From Candidatus Nanopelagicales bacterium (GTDB lineage: Bacteria; Actinomycetota; Actinomycetes; JBEVHX01), in contig JBEVHX010000065.1 in NCBI GenBank assembly GCA_040510995.1, positions 1 through 40,553 on the forward strand: DNA of 40,553 nt, read 5' to 3'. The translations under genes were made by a program, and so were the position numbers. Below the pieces are notes generated by a model. That model was given only the letters and a program-made list of their open reading frames with translations, was not told the DNA's origin and did not search any database. Positions within the stretch are counted from its first letter, which is position 1. Each line of letters starts with the position of its first letter. This document shows positions 9,582-18,516 of the stretch, piece after piece.

Positions 9582-11075
9582 GTGACCGTGGAGCAGCTTG
9601 ACCAGGCGCTGCTCATCGGGTCAGCCGTGCTCCTCGTCACCGTTGTCGCCATCCGGCTCTCCGACCGCAGCGGACTCCCCAGCCTGTTGCTGTACCTGGG
9701 ACTCGGACTGCTCATCGGACAGTTCGCCCCGGACCTCGTCACCGACCCCGAGCTCGTCCGCACCCTCGGCTATGTCGCGCTCGTGATCATCCTGGCCGAA
9801 GGTGGACTCACGACCCGCTGGTCACAGGTCCGGCCATCCATCGTTCCCGCCGCCGTGCTCGCGACGGTCGGCGTCGTGGTTTCGATCGTGGTGACCGCTG
9901 CGATCGCGACCGTCGTCCTCGACGTGGACTGGCGACTCGCGCTGATCATCGGCGCGGTCGTGTCCTCGACCGACGCCGCAGCGATCTTCTCGGTGCTGCG
10001 CAAGGTGCCCCTGCCTCGGCGGCTCTCTGGTTTGCTCGAAGCGGAGTCGGGCTTCAACGACGCCCCGGTGGTCCTGATCGTGGTCGCGCTGTCCGAGTCG
10101 TCGCGGATCGACTCGTGGGAGCTGTTCGGGCTCACCGTGCTCGAGCTGGCCGGTGGTGCCGTGGTCGGCATCGCCGTGGGCGCCTCTGGTGGCTGGATGC
10201 TGCGCCGGGTCGCGCTGCCAGCCGCCGGCGTGTACCCGCTCGCGGTGGTGGGCTTGTGCTTGCTGGCCTACGGCGGAGCCGCGGTGCTCCAACTCTCCGG
10301 CTTTCTGGCGACATACGTGGCCGGCCTGGTCATCGGCAACTTCCGGCTGCCGCATCAGTCCTCAGTACGCGGTTTCGTCGACGGCATCGCGTGGTTGGCC
10401 CAGATCGGCCTGTTCGTCCTGCTGGGCCTGTTGGTGGCCCCGGTGTCCGATCTGCGGGGCGACGTGCTGGCGGCGATCGCCGTCGGTCTCGCGCTGACCT
10501 TCATCGCGCGCCCGCTGTCTGTGCTGGTCTCGCTCACGCCCTTTGGCTACAGCTGGCGCGAACAGGCATTCGTGTCGTGGGCCGGTCTGCGTGGCGCCGT
10601 GCCGATCGTGCTCGCCACCATCCCGGCCGCCGCGGGCGTCGAGCAGGGAGGCCGTGTCCTCGATGTCGTGTTCGTGCTGGTCGTTCTGTTCACCCTGCTG
10701 CAGGGCCCGACGCTGCCCCGGGTGGCACATCGACTCGGCCTGACCCGCGGCGGTGAGCCACTTGACCTTCCGGTCGAGACCGCACCGCTGGGCCGACTGG
10801 ACGCGGACGTGTTGCAGGTCGTGGTCCCGACGTGGTCGCAGTTGCACGGCGTCGAGGCGTTCGAGCTCCAACTGCCGCGCGGGGCCAACCTGTCCCTCAT
10901 CGTCAGAGAAAATGAGGCATTCGTGCCGACGCCGACCACGCGACTGCAGCACGGCGACGAGCTGATCTTGGTGGTGCCGGCGCATCTACGGGACGCGGTG
11001 GAACGGCGGTTGCGCGCGATCGCCCGTGGTGGCCGACTGGCCGGTTGGTTCGGCGAGGCCGGGGAACCGAGCTGA
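9582..11075 (+). CDS. Potassium/proton antiporter (CPA1 family, NhaP2/CvrA-like, C-terminal TrkA-C domain)
   Basis: The N-terminal part has multiple TM segments with the motif ESGFNDAPVV. The soluble C-terminal about 90 aa is typical of TrkA-C. Confidence 0.85.
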   Translation: MTVEQLDQALLIGSAVLLVTVVAIRLSDRSGLPSLLLYLGLGLLIGQFAPDLVTDPELVRTLGYVALVIILAEGGLTTRWSQVRPSIVPAAVLATVGVVVSIVVTAAIATVVLDVDWRLALIIGAVVSSTDAAAIFSVLRKVPLPRRLSGLLEAESGFNDAPVVLIVVALSESSRIDSWELFGLTVLELAGGAVVGIAVGASGGWMLRRVALPAAGVYPLAVVGLCLLAYGGAAVLQLSGFLATYVAGLVIGNFRLPHQSSVRGFVDGIAWLAQIGLFVLLGLLVAPVSDLRGDVLAAIAVGLALTFIARPLSVLVSLTPFGYSWREQAFVSWAGLRGAVPIVLATIPAAAGVEQGGRVLDVVFVLVVLFTLLQGPTLPRVAHRLGLTRGGEPLDLPVETAPLGRLDADVLQVVVPTWSQLHGVEAFELQLPRGANLSLIVRENEAFVPTPTTRLQHGDELILVVPAHLRDAVERRLRAIARGGRLAGWFGEAGEPS

Positions 11076-11133
11076 CACCGTAGGCTCGGGGCGTCGGGAG
11101 CGTGCACGACGGCTCGGAGGAACGGCAACCACG

Positions 11134-13347
11134 ATGACCTCTCCTAGCCCGAGGCGGCGCGCAACGGAGCTCTTGCGGATCCATGGCATGCAGCCATGGG
11201 AAGTGGCGGCGTTCGAGGTACCGCTGGTCGTTCGCATCGCCCTCGGCGTGGCACTGGGCGCACTTGCCGTCGGCATCGCCGACGTCCTCGATCTTTCGTC
11301 CGGCTGGGCGGTGGTGCCGGGGGTCCTGTCGACGGTCGTCGCCGTCGGTTTGCTCGGGGTGAGCGCCGCCATCGCGGCCAGCCTGGTCGCCGCCGTCGGG
11401 GCCAGCGCGTTCGTCATCGGGGAAACGGGCACCGACGAGGGGAGCGAGGCGGCCCTCGTTGCCATCTATCTGATCTCGGCCGGCTTCATCGTGGCGATGG
11501 GCGGCCGGCTGCGCTTCCTCGCCAAGCGGCTGCTTGCCGCATACGAGCGGCAAGGTGAGCAACAGACCGAGCTCGAGTCGACGTGGGCGCAGCTGGAGGC
11601 GCTGACCAACTCGGCACCCGCGGGTATGTGCCTGGTCGACCGAGACCTGCGCTTCGTCAACGTGAACCACGAGATGGCGCGGCTCAACGGGCTGAGTGTG
11701 GAGCAGCATCTGGGTCGCCCGGTCAGTGCAGTGCCCGGTCTCGACCCACAAGCGCTCGAAGCGTTCCGCAGCGTGCTCGCAGGCGGACCGCCCATCCGTG
11801 ACCGCGAGCTCAGCACGACAGCGAGCGGCAGCAAGGGTGCGCGGCATCTGCTCGCGTCCTGGTATCCGGTGCGCAGGCCGGATGGTCAGATCATCGGCGC
11901 CGGCGCACTCGTCCAAGACATCACGCGCCGCAAGGTCGCCGAGGAACGACTCTGGCTGCTGGCCGAGCTGTCGGACATGCTCGAGGAACCGCTGGACGGG
12001 CGAGCGCGCGCGCAGGCGCTGGCCCATCTGTTGGTACCGCGGCTGGCCGACCTCTCGATGATGCTGACGCCGGCACCGGAAGGCGGCCTGGCCTTGCAGG
12101 CGATCGCGTGCTCGGACCCCGCGCGCGGGGTGTTGGCGGCCGATCTGATCGACCGATACCCGGAGGCCTTCGAGGCCACTGCATTCGCCAATGTGCTCGA
12201 CGGTGAGACCGTCGTGATCAACGACTACGTTCCCGCCCGGGACGCCGTCTCGGCCTCGCATCTCGAAGCGCTCCGAGCCATGGGTGTTGGTGCCGCCGCA
12301 TGTTTCCCGATCGTCGGCGGTGAGCGAACCCACGGGGTGCTCCTGCTCGCGAAGTTCGCGCCGACGCCCGGCTTCGACGCGAGCGAGGTCACCTACTCCC
12401 AGACGATCATCGCGCGGGCGGCGGTCGCACTCGACAACGCCTACCTGTACGACCGCATGTCCTCCTTTGCCGACGAGGAGCACGAACGGGCCGAGCTGCT
12501 GGCCCGGATGGAGTCCCGCCAGCGTTACATCGCCGACACCCTGCAGCGGTCGCTGCTGCCGGACGCGTTGCCCGAGCTGCCGTCGCTGGCACTCGCATCG
12601 GCGTTCCGGCCGGCCGGGCTGGGCCTCGAAGTGGGCGGCGACACCTTCGACATCTTCGACGTCGACGACCAGTGGGTCGCCTACATCGCCGACGTCTGCG
12701 GCAAAGGGCCGCACGCGGCGGCCCGCACCGGGCTGGTCCGCTACACCGTCCGCGCCGAGGCCCGGCACAACGCCGACCCCGTCGAGCTCCTCCGGCTGGT
12801 CAACACGGCGATGCTGCGAACAGCGGAGGACGAGTCTGCGTCGTTCGTGACCATGGTCGTCGTCAACGTGCGCCGCCGAGACGATGGCGACCTCGACGTG
12901 ACTGTCGCCAACGGAGGTCATCCGCCGCCGATCCTGTTGCAGGCCGGGACCGCTCGCGAGCTGGGCGTCGCCGGGACCGTGGTTGGAGCCATCGACGAGG
13001 CCGAGTTCGGGCGCGAGCAGCTACGGATGCGGCCCGGAGACGTGCTCCTGCTCTATACAGACGGCGTGACCGAAGCCCGGGCAGCCCACCCCGCCGGGCG
13101 CGCGGTCGAGCTGTACGGAGAGGAACGTCTCCGCGCCAGCGTGCAGGAGTCATATGACCGGGGTGTGGTTCATGCTCACGGACTCGTCGATGCCGTCGTC
13201 GCTGACATCGACACGTTCTCCGGCGGCCAGTTGCGCGACGACCTCGCAGTTCTCGCGCTGCAGCTTCTGCCCATCCCGACCGTCGCCGTGGCCGGCCTGC
13301 CGCAGCAACGCTCTGTTCTCGGAGAGATCGGCCGGCAGCAGGTTTAG
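11134..13347 (+). CDS. Membrane-anchored PAS-GAF-PP2C (SpoIIE/RsbU-type) protein phosphatase
   Basis: N-terminal TM helices, a PAS-like segment (APAGMCLVDRDLRFVNVN), and a C-terminal PP2C core (GGDTFDIF...DVCGKG...LLLYTDGVTEA). ATG at 11134 follows a GGAGG RBS. Confidence 0.85.
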   Translation: MTSPSPRRRATELLRIHGMQPWEVAAFEVPLVVRIALGVALGALAVGIADVLDLSSGWAVVPGVLSTVVAVGLLGVSAAIAASLVAAVGASAFVIGETGTDEGSEAALVAIYLISAGFIVAMGGRLRFLAKRLLAAYERQGEQQTELESTWAQLEALTNSAPAGMCLVDRDLRFVNVNHEMARLNGLSVEQHLGRPVSAVPGLDPQALEAFRSVLAGGPPIRDRELSTTASGSKGARHLLASWYPVRRPDGQIIGAGALVQDITRRKVAEERLWLLAELSDMLEEPLDGRARAQALAHLLVPRLADLSMMLTPAPEGGLALQAIACSDPARGVLAADLIDRYPEAFEATAFANVLDGETVVINDYVPARDAVSASHLEALRAMGVGAAACFPIVGGERTHGVLLLAKFAPTPGFDASEVTYSQTIIARAAVALDNAYLYDRMSSFADEEHERAELLARMESRQRYIADTLQRSLLPDALPELPSLALASAFRPAGLGLEVGGDTFDIFDVDDQWVAYIADVCGKGPHAAARTGLVRYTVRAEARHNADPVELLRLVNTAMLRTAEDESASFVTMVVVNVRRRDDGDLDVTVANGGHPPPILLQAGTARELGVAGTVVGAIDEAEFGREQLRMRPGDVLLLYTDGVTEARAAHPAGRAVELYGEERLRASVQESYDRGVVHAHGLVDAVVADIDTFSGGQLRDDLAVLALQLLPIPTVAVAGLPQQRSVLGEIGRQQV

Positions 13348-13392
13348 GAGCAACCACTCGGTGGTAGGGCCGTGCTGAGTTTTGGGGGTCTG

Positions 13393-13770
13393 ATGCCGGA
13401 CGAGCGGATGGAGGGTGACATGGGCGCCCCGCTTCTCCGCCTCGGCGTCCGCCTCGTCAATCGCACCGTTGTCATCACCGCGGTCGGCGACATTGACATC
13501 GCAACGGCGCCAACCCTGCGGGCGGAACTGCTGCGACAGGTCGACGCCGATGTGGACACGGTGATCCTGGATCTGTCGAAGGTCGCGTTCATGGACTCCA
13601 GCGGGCTGGGTGTGGTGATCGCCGCCGTGAACCGCACCACCAGCCGGGGCATCCGGTTCAGCGTGGTCTGCCCGGCCGGCAAGCTCCGACGAATCTTCGA
13701 AATCACCGGGGTGGCCACCCGGGTTGCGATGTCCGACAGCCTCGATATGGCCATGGGAGCGCCTGCCTGA
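13393..13770 (+). CDS. STAS-domain anti-sigma-factor antagonist
   Basis: Motif DLSKVAFMDSSGLGVVI with the phosphorylatable Ser. The start is ambiguous (GTG 13372, ATG 13393, 13408 or 13420). Confidence 0.8.
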   Translation: MPDERMEGDMGAPLLRLGVRLVNRTVVITAVGDIDIATAPTLRAELLRQVDADVDTVILDLSKVAFMDSSGLGVVIAAVNRTTSRGIRFSVVCPAGKLRRIFEITGVATRVAMSDSLDMAMGAPA

Positions 13771-13867
13771 GCGGTTGCGGCGCGACGTACGGGGAGTTGA
13801 CCGGGGACGACGCCGGGCCGCACACTGGCACTCGTAGTCTCAGAGTGCTAAGTGTCAGAGAGATCCC

Positions 13868-14227
13868 GTGCCGACTTACCAGTACGCGTGCACCGAATGC
13901 GGCGAACCGCTCGAGGCCGTGCAGTCCTTCACCGACGCCGCGCTCACTGTCTGCCCCGCCTGTGGCGGCCGGCTGCGGAAGGTCTTCTCCTCGGTCGGGG
14001 TGGTCTTCAAGGGATCGGGCTTCTATCGCACGGACAGCCGCGAGTCGGGCAAGAAGGCGGCCGCGAAGAGCGGAGCCGAGGACGGGTCGACTGGCACCGG
14101 GTCGAACGGCTCGGAGCCGAGTGGCAGCAAGAGCGAGTCCACGACCGGCACCTCGACCGACTCCTCAGGCGCTTCGCCGTCGACGTCAGCGCCTGCGAAG
14201 GCGACGACCAGCGCCAGCTCGTCGTGA
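13868..14227 (+). CDS. FmdB-family zinc-ribbon putative regulatory protein with a Ser/Thr/Gly-rich tail
   Basis: MPTYQYACTECG...CPACGG is the CxxC_CxxC_SSSS signature. GTG start. Confidence 0.85.
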   Translation: MPTYQYACTECGEPLEAVQSFTDAALTVCPACGGRLRKVFSSVGVVFKGSGFYRTDSRESGKKAAAKSGAEDGSTGTGSNGSEPSGSKSESTTGTSTDSSGASPSTSAPAKATTSASSS

Positions 14228-14318
14228 CCCGTCCACAGTTGTGGGCCACCGACCCGTCCTGAGCTGGCCTGTGGACGAGCGCCGCCGGCGTTGACCGTGC
14301 GCGGCTAGCCTCGCGGCC

Positions 14319-15137
14319 ATGTCTGCAGCACGTGCAGTCCCGAGTGCCGAGATCGGGGTCATCGGCGGCTCCGGCTTCTACTCCTTTTTCCAGGATGCGG
14401 AGGAGGTCGTGGTCGAGACGCCGTGGGGGCCGCCCTCCGATCCGCTGCACATCGGGCAGGTCGCGGGTCGCGCGGTCGCGTTCATCCCGCGGCACGGTCG
14501 CGACCATCGCTACCCTCCCCACCGCGTGCCGTATCGAGCGAACGTGTGGGCGATGCGCTCCGTCGGTGTGCAGCAGGTGCTGGGGCCCTGTGCGGTCGGC
14601 GGGCTGCGACCCGAGCTCGGCCCAGGGACGATCGTGGTGCCAGACCAGTTCGTCGACCGCACCGCCGGTCGGGCCCAGACGTTCTACGACTCAGGCGCGC
14701 TGCACGTCTCGATGGCCGACCCGTACTGCCCCGACGGGCGTACCGCGGCGGTCTCAGCAGCCAGAGCAGCGGACTGGTCGCCGGTCGACGGCGGCACCCT
14801 GGTCGTCATCGACGGCCCGCGGTTTTCCACGCGCGCCGAGTCTCGCTGGTTCGCGCACAACGGCTGGGCCGTGGTCGGCATGACCGGTCACCCGGAGGCG
14901 GTGCTCGCGCGTGAGCTTGCGATGTGTTTCACCGCGATCGCCCTCGTCACCGACCTGGATGCCGGCGTCGAGCAGGGGGAAGGCGTGACCCACGCGGAGG
15001 TGCTCCAGGCCTTCGCCGGGAACATCGATCGACTGCGCGCGATGCTCGTGGATGCGATCGCAGCGCTCCCGGTCGAACGAACGTGCCCGTGCGCCGCGGC
15101 ACTGGACGGGCTCACGCCGCCCATCGCGCTCCCCTGA
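14319..15137 (+). CDS. mtnP: S-methyl-5'-thioadenosine phosphorylase
   Basis: Typical MTAP/PNP-family motifs are present: IGVIGGSGFY..., FIPRHGRDHRYPPHRVPYRANVWA, MTGHPEAVLARE. Confidence 0.9.
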   Translation: MSAARAVPSAEIGVIGGSGFYSFFQDAEEVVVETPWGPPSDPLHIGQVAGRAVAFIPRHGRDHRYPPHRVPYRANVWAMRSVGVQQVLGPCAVGGLRPELGPGTIVVPDQFVDRTAGRAQTFYDSGALHVSMADPYCPDGRTAAVSAARAADWSPVDGGTLVVIDGPRFSTRAESRWFAHNGWAVVGMTGHPEAVLARELAMCFTAIALVTDLDAGVEQGEGVTHAEVLQAFAGNIDRLRAMLVDAIAALPVERTCPCAAALDGLTPPIALP

Positions 15138-15148
15138 CCTGAGCGCCG

Positions 15149-15928
15149 ATGACGCCATGGGGCAAGTCACCCGGGCAGACCGGGTCGCGGGCCGGCGCCC
15201 GACGCCGGGTGTACGTGCACCGGTTCACGCTGCGGCATCGTCGCCCGATCGCCACTGCGCTGACCTTCGTGGCCATCCTGCTGCTCGGGCACGCCGTCAC
15301 GGCGAGCCGCGAAGGTCGCACCGTCGTGGTCGCGGCGCGTGACTTGCCGGCCGGTGCTCGCGTCCACGTCAGGGACCTGGCGACGGTCACGATGCCGACC
15401 GTGCTGGTGCCGGAGGGTGCGATGCTCGAGCCAGGGACAGCCGCGAGGCGGGTGCTGGCGTCCCCGGTTCGAGCCGGCGAGGTGCTCACCGATGCGCGGC
15501 TCGTGGGCGACGGGCTGCTCGCCGGACTGGGGGCTGGCATGGTGGCGTCGGCGCTTCGGTTGGCAGACCCCGCGACGGCCGCACTGCTTCGGCCGGGCGA
15601 CACCGTTGACGTGCTGGCAGCGACGTCCGACTGGCTCGCGGGCTCCGGCAACGCATCCGTGGGCGACGACCTCGCGGTCGACACCGAGGCGGCGCGTCCC
15701 CGCGCCCGCATCGTCGCCGAGGCGGTTACCGTCCTGGCGACGGAGCCGAGTTCGTCCGGCTCCGGGTTGCTGGGACCCGGCACCTCGGACGAGGCCGGAC
15801 TGGTCGTCGTGGCCCTCTCTCGCGCCCAGGCAGTCGAGCTTGCGGCTGCTGCGGTCGGTGCAGAGCTGTCCTTCATCTTGAGTGACCCGACCGGCGGCCG
15901 GGAGGGCGCGCCCGGCGCCACCGGCTAG
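15149..15928 (+). CDS. SAF domain-containing protein (CpaB-like N-terminus)
   Basis: One TM segment followed by a SAF-like segment (VVAARDLPAGARV...SPVRAGEVLTDARL). It sits upstream of mscL, as in many actinobacteria. Confidence 0.6.
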   Translation: MTPWGKSPGQTGSRAGARRRVYVHRFTLRHRRPIATALTFVAILLLGHAVTASREGRTVVVAARDLPAGARVHVRDLATVTMPTVLVPEGAMLEPGTAARRVLASPVRAGEVLTDARLVGDGLLAGLGAGMVASALRLADPATAALLRPGDTVDVLAATSDWLAGSGNASVGDDLAVDTEAARPRARIVAEAVTVLATEPSSSGSGLLGPGTSDEAGLVVVALSRAQAVELAAAAVGAELSFILSDPTGGREGAPGATG

Positions 15929-15975
15929 CGTGATCGCCGGCCCGACCATCCCCGACCAGCCCCGCGAGGAGCGGC

Positions 15976-16377
15976 ATGATCAAGGGATTCCGAGAGTTTC
16001 TGCTCCGCGGGAACGTCATCGACCTGGCGGTCGCCTTCGTGATCGGCGCCGCGTTCACGGTCGTCGTTCAGGCCTTCGTGACAGGCCTCATCAACCCGCT
16101 GGTCAAGCTGGTCTTCGGCGGTGGCCTCGACGCCGGCCGGATCTATCTCGGCGACCGGAGCAGTGAAAACTTCATCGACGTATCGCTGATCGTCAACGCG
16201 GTCATCACCTTCATCGCGACCGCGGCCGTCGTCTACTTCGTCTTCGTGGCTCCGATGAACAAGATCAAGGAGCTGCAGGCTCGAAGAGCCGGGGCCCCGA
16301 GCGAGGCCGAAGAGTCCGAGCTCGATGTGCTCAAGCAGATCCGGGACGGCCTCACGGCGCAGCCGCCGCGAGCCTAG
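15976..16377 (+). CDS. mscL: Large-conductance mechanosensitive channel
   Basis: MIKGFREFLLRGNVIDLAVAFVIGAAF is the canonical MscL N-terminus. Confidence 0.95.
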   Translation: MIKGFREFLLRGNVIDLAVAFVIGAAFTVVVQAFVTGLINPLVKLVFGGGLDAGRIYLGDRSSENFIDVSLIVNAVITFIATAAVVYFVFVAPMNKIKELQARRAGAPSEAEESELDVLKQIRDGLTAQPPRA

Positions 16378-16396
16378 GCGGCTCGCCCGCTCTGGA

Positions 16397-16424
16397 GAAT
16401 GTGGACCTGCGAATGTGGACCTGA
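16397..16424. repeat. 14-bp tandem duplication (GAATGTGGACCTGC / GAATGTGGACCTGA)
   Basis: Read directly from the sequence, in the convergent intergenic spacer after mscL. Confidence 0.85.
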
Positions 16425-16470
16425 CGCGGGGGTCGGGACCGTTCTCCCACACCGCCAGCGCCCAGATTCG

Positions 16471-16629
16471 CTAATCGCCGTGGTGTGGCGGCCGCTCCCA
16501 CAGGTAGCGGTCGTCCTCCGCCGCTGCCTCCACTGGAAGCTCCCCCCAGTGGTCGACCTCGTCCCGCGTCACGTCGGTGGGGATGTCGAGGTCGTGCCGC
16601 GGCGGCCGGGAGGGAGGGTCAGGTCGCAT
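16471..16629 (-). CDS. Small hypothetical protein (52 aa, acidic, C-terminal ERPPHHGD)
   Basis: The ORF was trimmed to the ATG at 16629, 20 nt downstream of the rbpA stop. About 85% of codons end in G/C by hand count, which supports coding. No family was recognised with certainty. Confidence 0.4.
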   Translation of the reverse strand: MRPDPPSRPPRHDLDIPTDVTRDEVDHWGELPVEAAAEDDRYLWERPPHHGD

Positions 16630-16649
16630 TCGAGATCGTGCTGGCGCGC

Positions 16650-17015
16650 TCAGTGACCGGACGAGCGCAGCATCTGCAGGCGCTCGTCGAGCAGCGCCTC
16701 GAGCTCGGCGGTCGAGCGACGCTCGAGCAGCATCTCCCACGACGACTTGGTGGCTGCGGCGGTACGCGGGGAGAACAGGCCGGCGCCCTCGCCGTGCGCA
16801 GCTCGCTTGGCAGCGGTCTCATCGAGATGCGAGACGCGTCCGCACCTGGGGCAGTCCCACAGGTGCGGGATCTCCTCGGCGTCCGCGGCGAAGGCCAGCG
16901 TCTGGGTGTGGCCGAGCGGACAGTGGAAGGTATGCGGCACGGTTGCCATGAGGACGACGTTCTCGTCGCTCTCATAGCTGTGCGAGGTCAGGCGGAAGCC
17001 ACGCAGCGCGGTCAA
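16650..17015 (-). CDS. rbpA: RNA polymerase-binding protein RbpA
   Basis: ALRGFRLTSHSYESD..., a CPxGH...CPRCG zinc-type motif, and the C-terminal sigma-interaction helix SSWEMLLERRSTAELEALLDERL. A TTG start at 17015 follows AGGAG by 6 nt. Confidence 0.85.
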   Translation of the reverse strand: MTALRGFRLTSHSYESDENVVLMATVPHTFHCPLGHTQTLAFAADAEEIPHLWDCPRCGRVSHLDETAAKRAAHGEGAGLFSPRTAAATKSSWEMLLERRSTAELEALLDERLQMLRSSGH

Positions 17016-17460
17016 GGGGAACTCCTGGCGATTCGAGGGCGAACGGGGTCCACAGCGCGTCTGAACGGTTGGTGGCTCCCGCAATAACGACATCTGGATG
17101 CCCACTGAAGTTCCCAGAGTAACTGTGAGATCGGCCACGGAGCGAATCGTCGTCACTCTGCGTTGCAACAGCCCGCACATTGGTCACTCTCCGTGGTCAG
17201 CCCGCACCGGAGACGGGCAATTCTGCATTGCCACACTGCGCCGATCCGGGTGATTCTCGCCACATGAGCTGCCGGCGCCTGGGTCCTGGCGGCCCGCGTC
17301 TACGAGCAGGCCATCCTGCGCACCGGCCCGGGTCAAGATGCGTGAGGTGCTACGCCCCCCGGCCCGGCCCGGCACCGGCTAGATCCACGTCCTTTCGCGG
17401 GGGCACGGGTTGGGACCGGGTGGCAAGCCGGCCATCATCCTCGCGGATCGCAAAGCCCGC

Positions 17461-18516
17461 TCACGGCAGCAGCAGACAGCTGTCACCGAACTCGTGCCAG
17501 AGGTACCGCTCTCGGACGGCGGCCGCATACGCCGCCTGCACGAGGTCGTGACCCGCGACCGCCTCGAGCAGACGCAGGTGTGACGAGCCGGGCGCGTGCA
17601 GACCGGTGACCAGGCCGTCCACGACGCGCGTTGGACGCTCCGGGCTCAGCACGAGGTCGGTCCAGCCGCCACCGGCCTCCACCTCACCGGCGCGGCTCAC
17701 GACGGACTCCAGGGCCCGGACGACGGTGGTGCCGACCGCGACCACCCGACCGCCGCCGCCGCGGGCGCTGTTGACCAGCCGCGCCGTCGGGGCGGGCACC
17801 GTGAACCTCTCGGCGTACGGCCGCTCGTGCGCATCCAGGGACGAAACCCCCGTATGCAGCAGCAGCGGCGCGACGGTGACACCCCAAGCCATCAGCGCGG
17901 TCAGAAGCTCCGGGGTGAAGGGCCGGCCGGCGCTTGGCATTTCCGCACTCCCGGCCTCGGTCACAAACACGTTCTGGTAGTCGTCGAGCGACCAGCGCTG
18001 CTCCACATAGCCGTAACGGATCGGACGACCATGTCGGCGTAGATAGGCGACGACCGAGGCTTCGGCCCGTAGCCGCGCCAGCCAAAGCCGGCTGCCGGTG
18101 CGGACGTCCGGGGCTGGAAACGCCGCATCAAGGATCAACGTCGCGCCGTCATCGAGCAGCAGGTGTTCGCCCACGTGGCCATCCCGGACGGGACCTTCCT
18201 TCCGCCCATCGGCCGGCCGCAGCTCGACGATCCACCGGCCATCGTCCCGCTCGGTCGAGAAGTGCACGACCACGGGTTCGCCGGTGGCCCGGTACGCGTC
18301 CACGGCCGCGGGCAGCGTGCCCGAGGTGTTCACGACGACGATGTCCCCGGGCATCAGGTACCGAGGCAGGTCGCGGAAACGCGCATGCTCGATCCGGTCG
18401 GGTCGGGCCACCAGCAGCCGGACCGCGTCGCGCCGCAGCCCGCGGCGCTCGGGCGGCGTGGTCGCCGAGAGCTCCGGCGGGAGGACGAATGTCGGTTCTT
18501 GGGCTGTCGCGGTCAT
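17461..18516 (-). CDS. queA: S-adenosylmethionine:tRNA ribosyltransferase-isomerase (QueA) family protein
   Basis: The length (351 aa) and motifs (PGDIVVVNTSGTLPA, ...AGSAEMPSAGRPFT, GTTVVRALES) fit QueA. Its start overlaps the SDR stop (ATGA). Confidence 0.75.
   Translation of the reverse strand: MTATAQEPTFVLPPELSATTPPERRGLRRDAVRLLVARPDRIEHARFRDLPRYLMPGDIVVVNTSGTLPAAVDAYRATGEPVVVHFSTERDDGRWIVELRPADGRKEGPVRDGHVGEHLLLDDGATLILDAAFPAPDVRTGSRLWLARLRAEASVVAYLRRHGRPIRYGYVEQRWSLDDYQNVFVTEAGSAEMPSAGRPFTPELLTALMAWGVTVAPLLLHTGVSSLDAHERPYAERFTVPAPTARLVNSARGGGGRVVAVGTTVVRALESVVSRAGEVEAGGGWTDLVLSPERPTRVVDGLVTGLHAPGSSHLRLLEAVAGHDLVQAAYAAAVRERYLWHEFGDSCLLLP

Noticed and set aside
10903-12921. 672-aa ORF on the minus strand
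   Set aside because: It is antisense to the well-supported PAS-GAF-PP2C gene. The composition is Arg/Gly/Pro-rich and low in complexity, typical of shadow ORFs in high-GC DNA, and no domain motifs were recognised.
13810-13867. Short inverted repeat GCACTC-N9-GAGTGC upstream of the FmdB-like gene
   Set aside because: The arms are only 6 bp, within chance expectation, and there is no supporting promoter geometry.
17040-17160. Possible SigR/SigH-type promoter (GGGAAC ... GTT) upstream of rbpA
   Set aside because: By my count the spacing between GGAAC and GTT is 21 nt, whereas the consensus needs about 18. Without a computed motif score this is not supportable.
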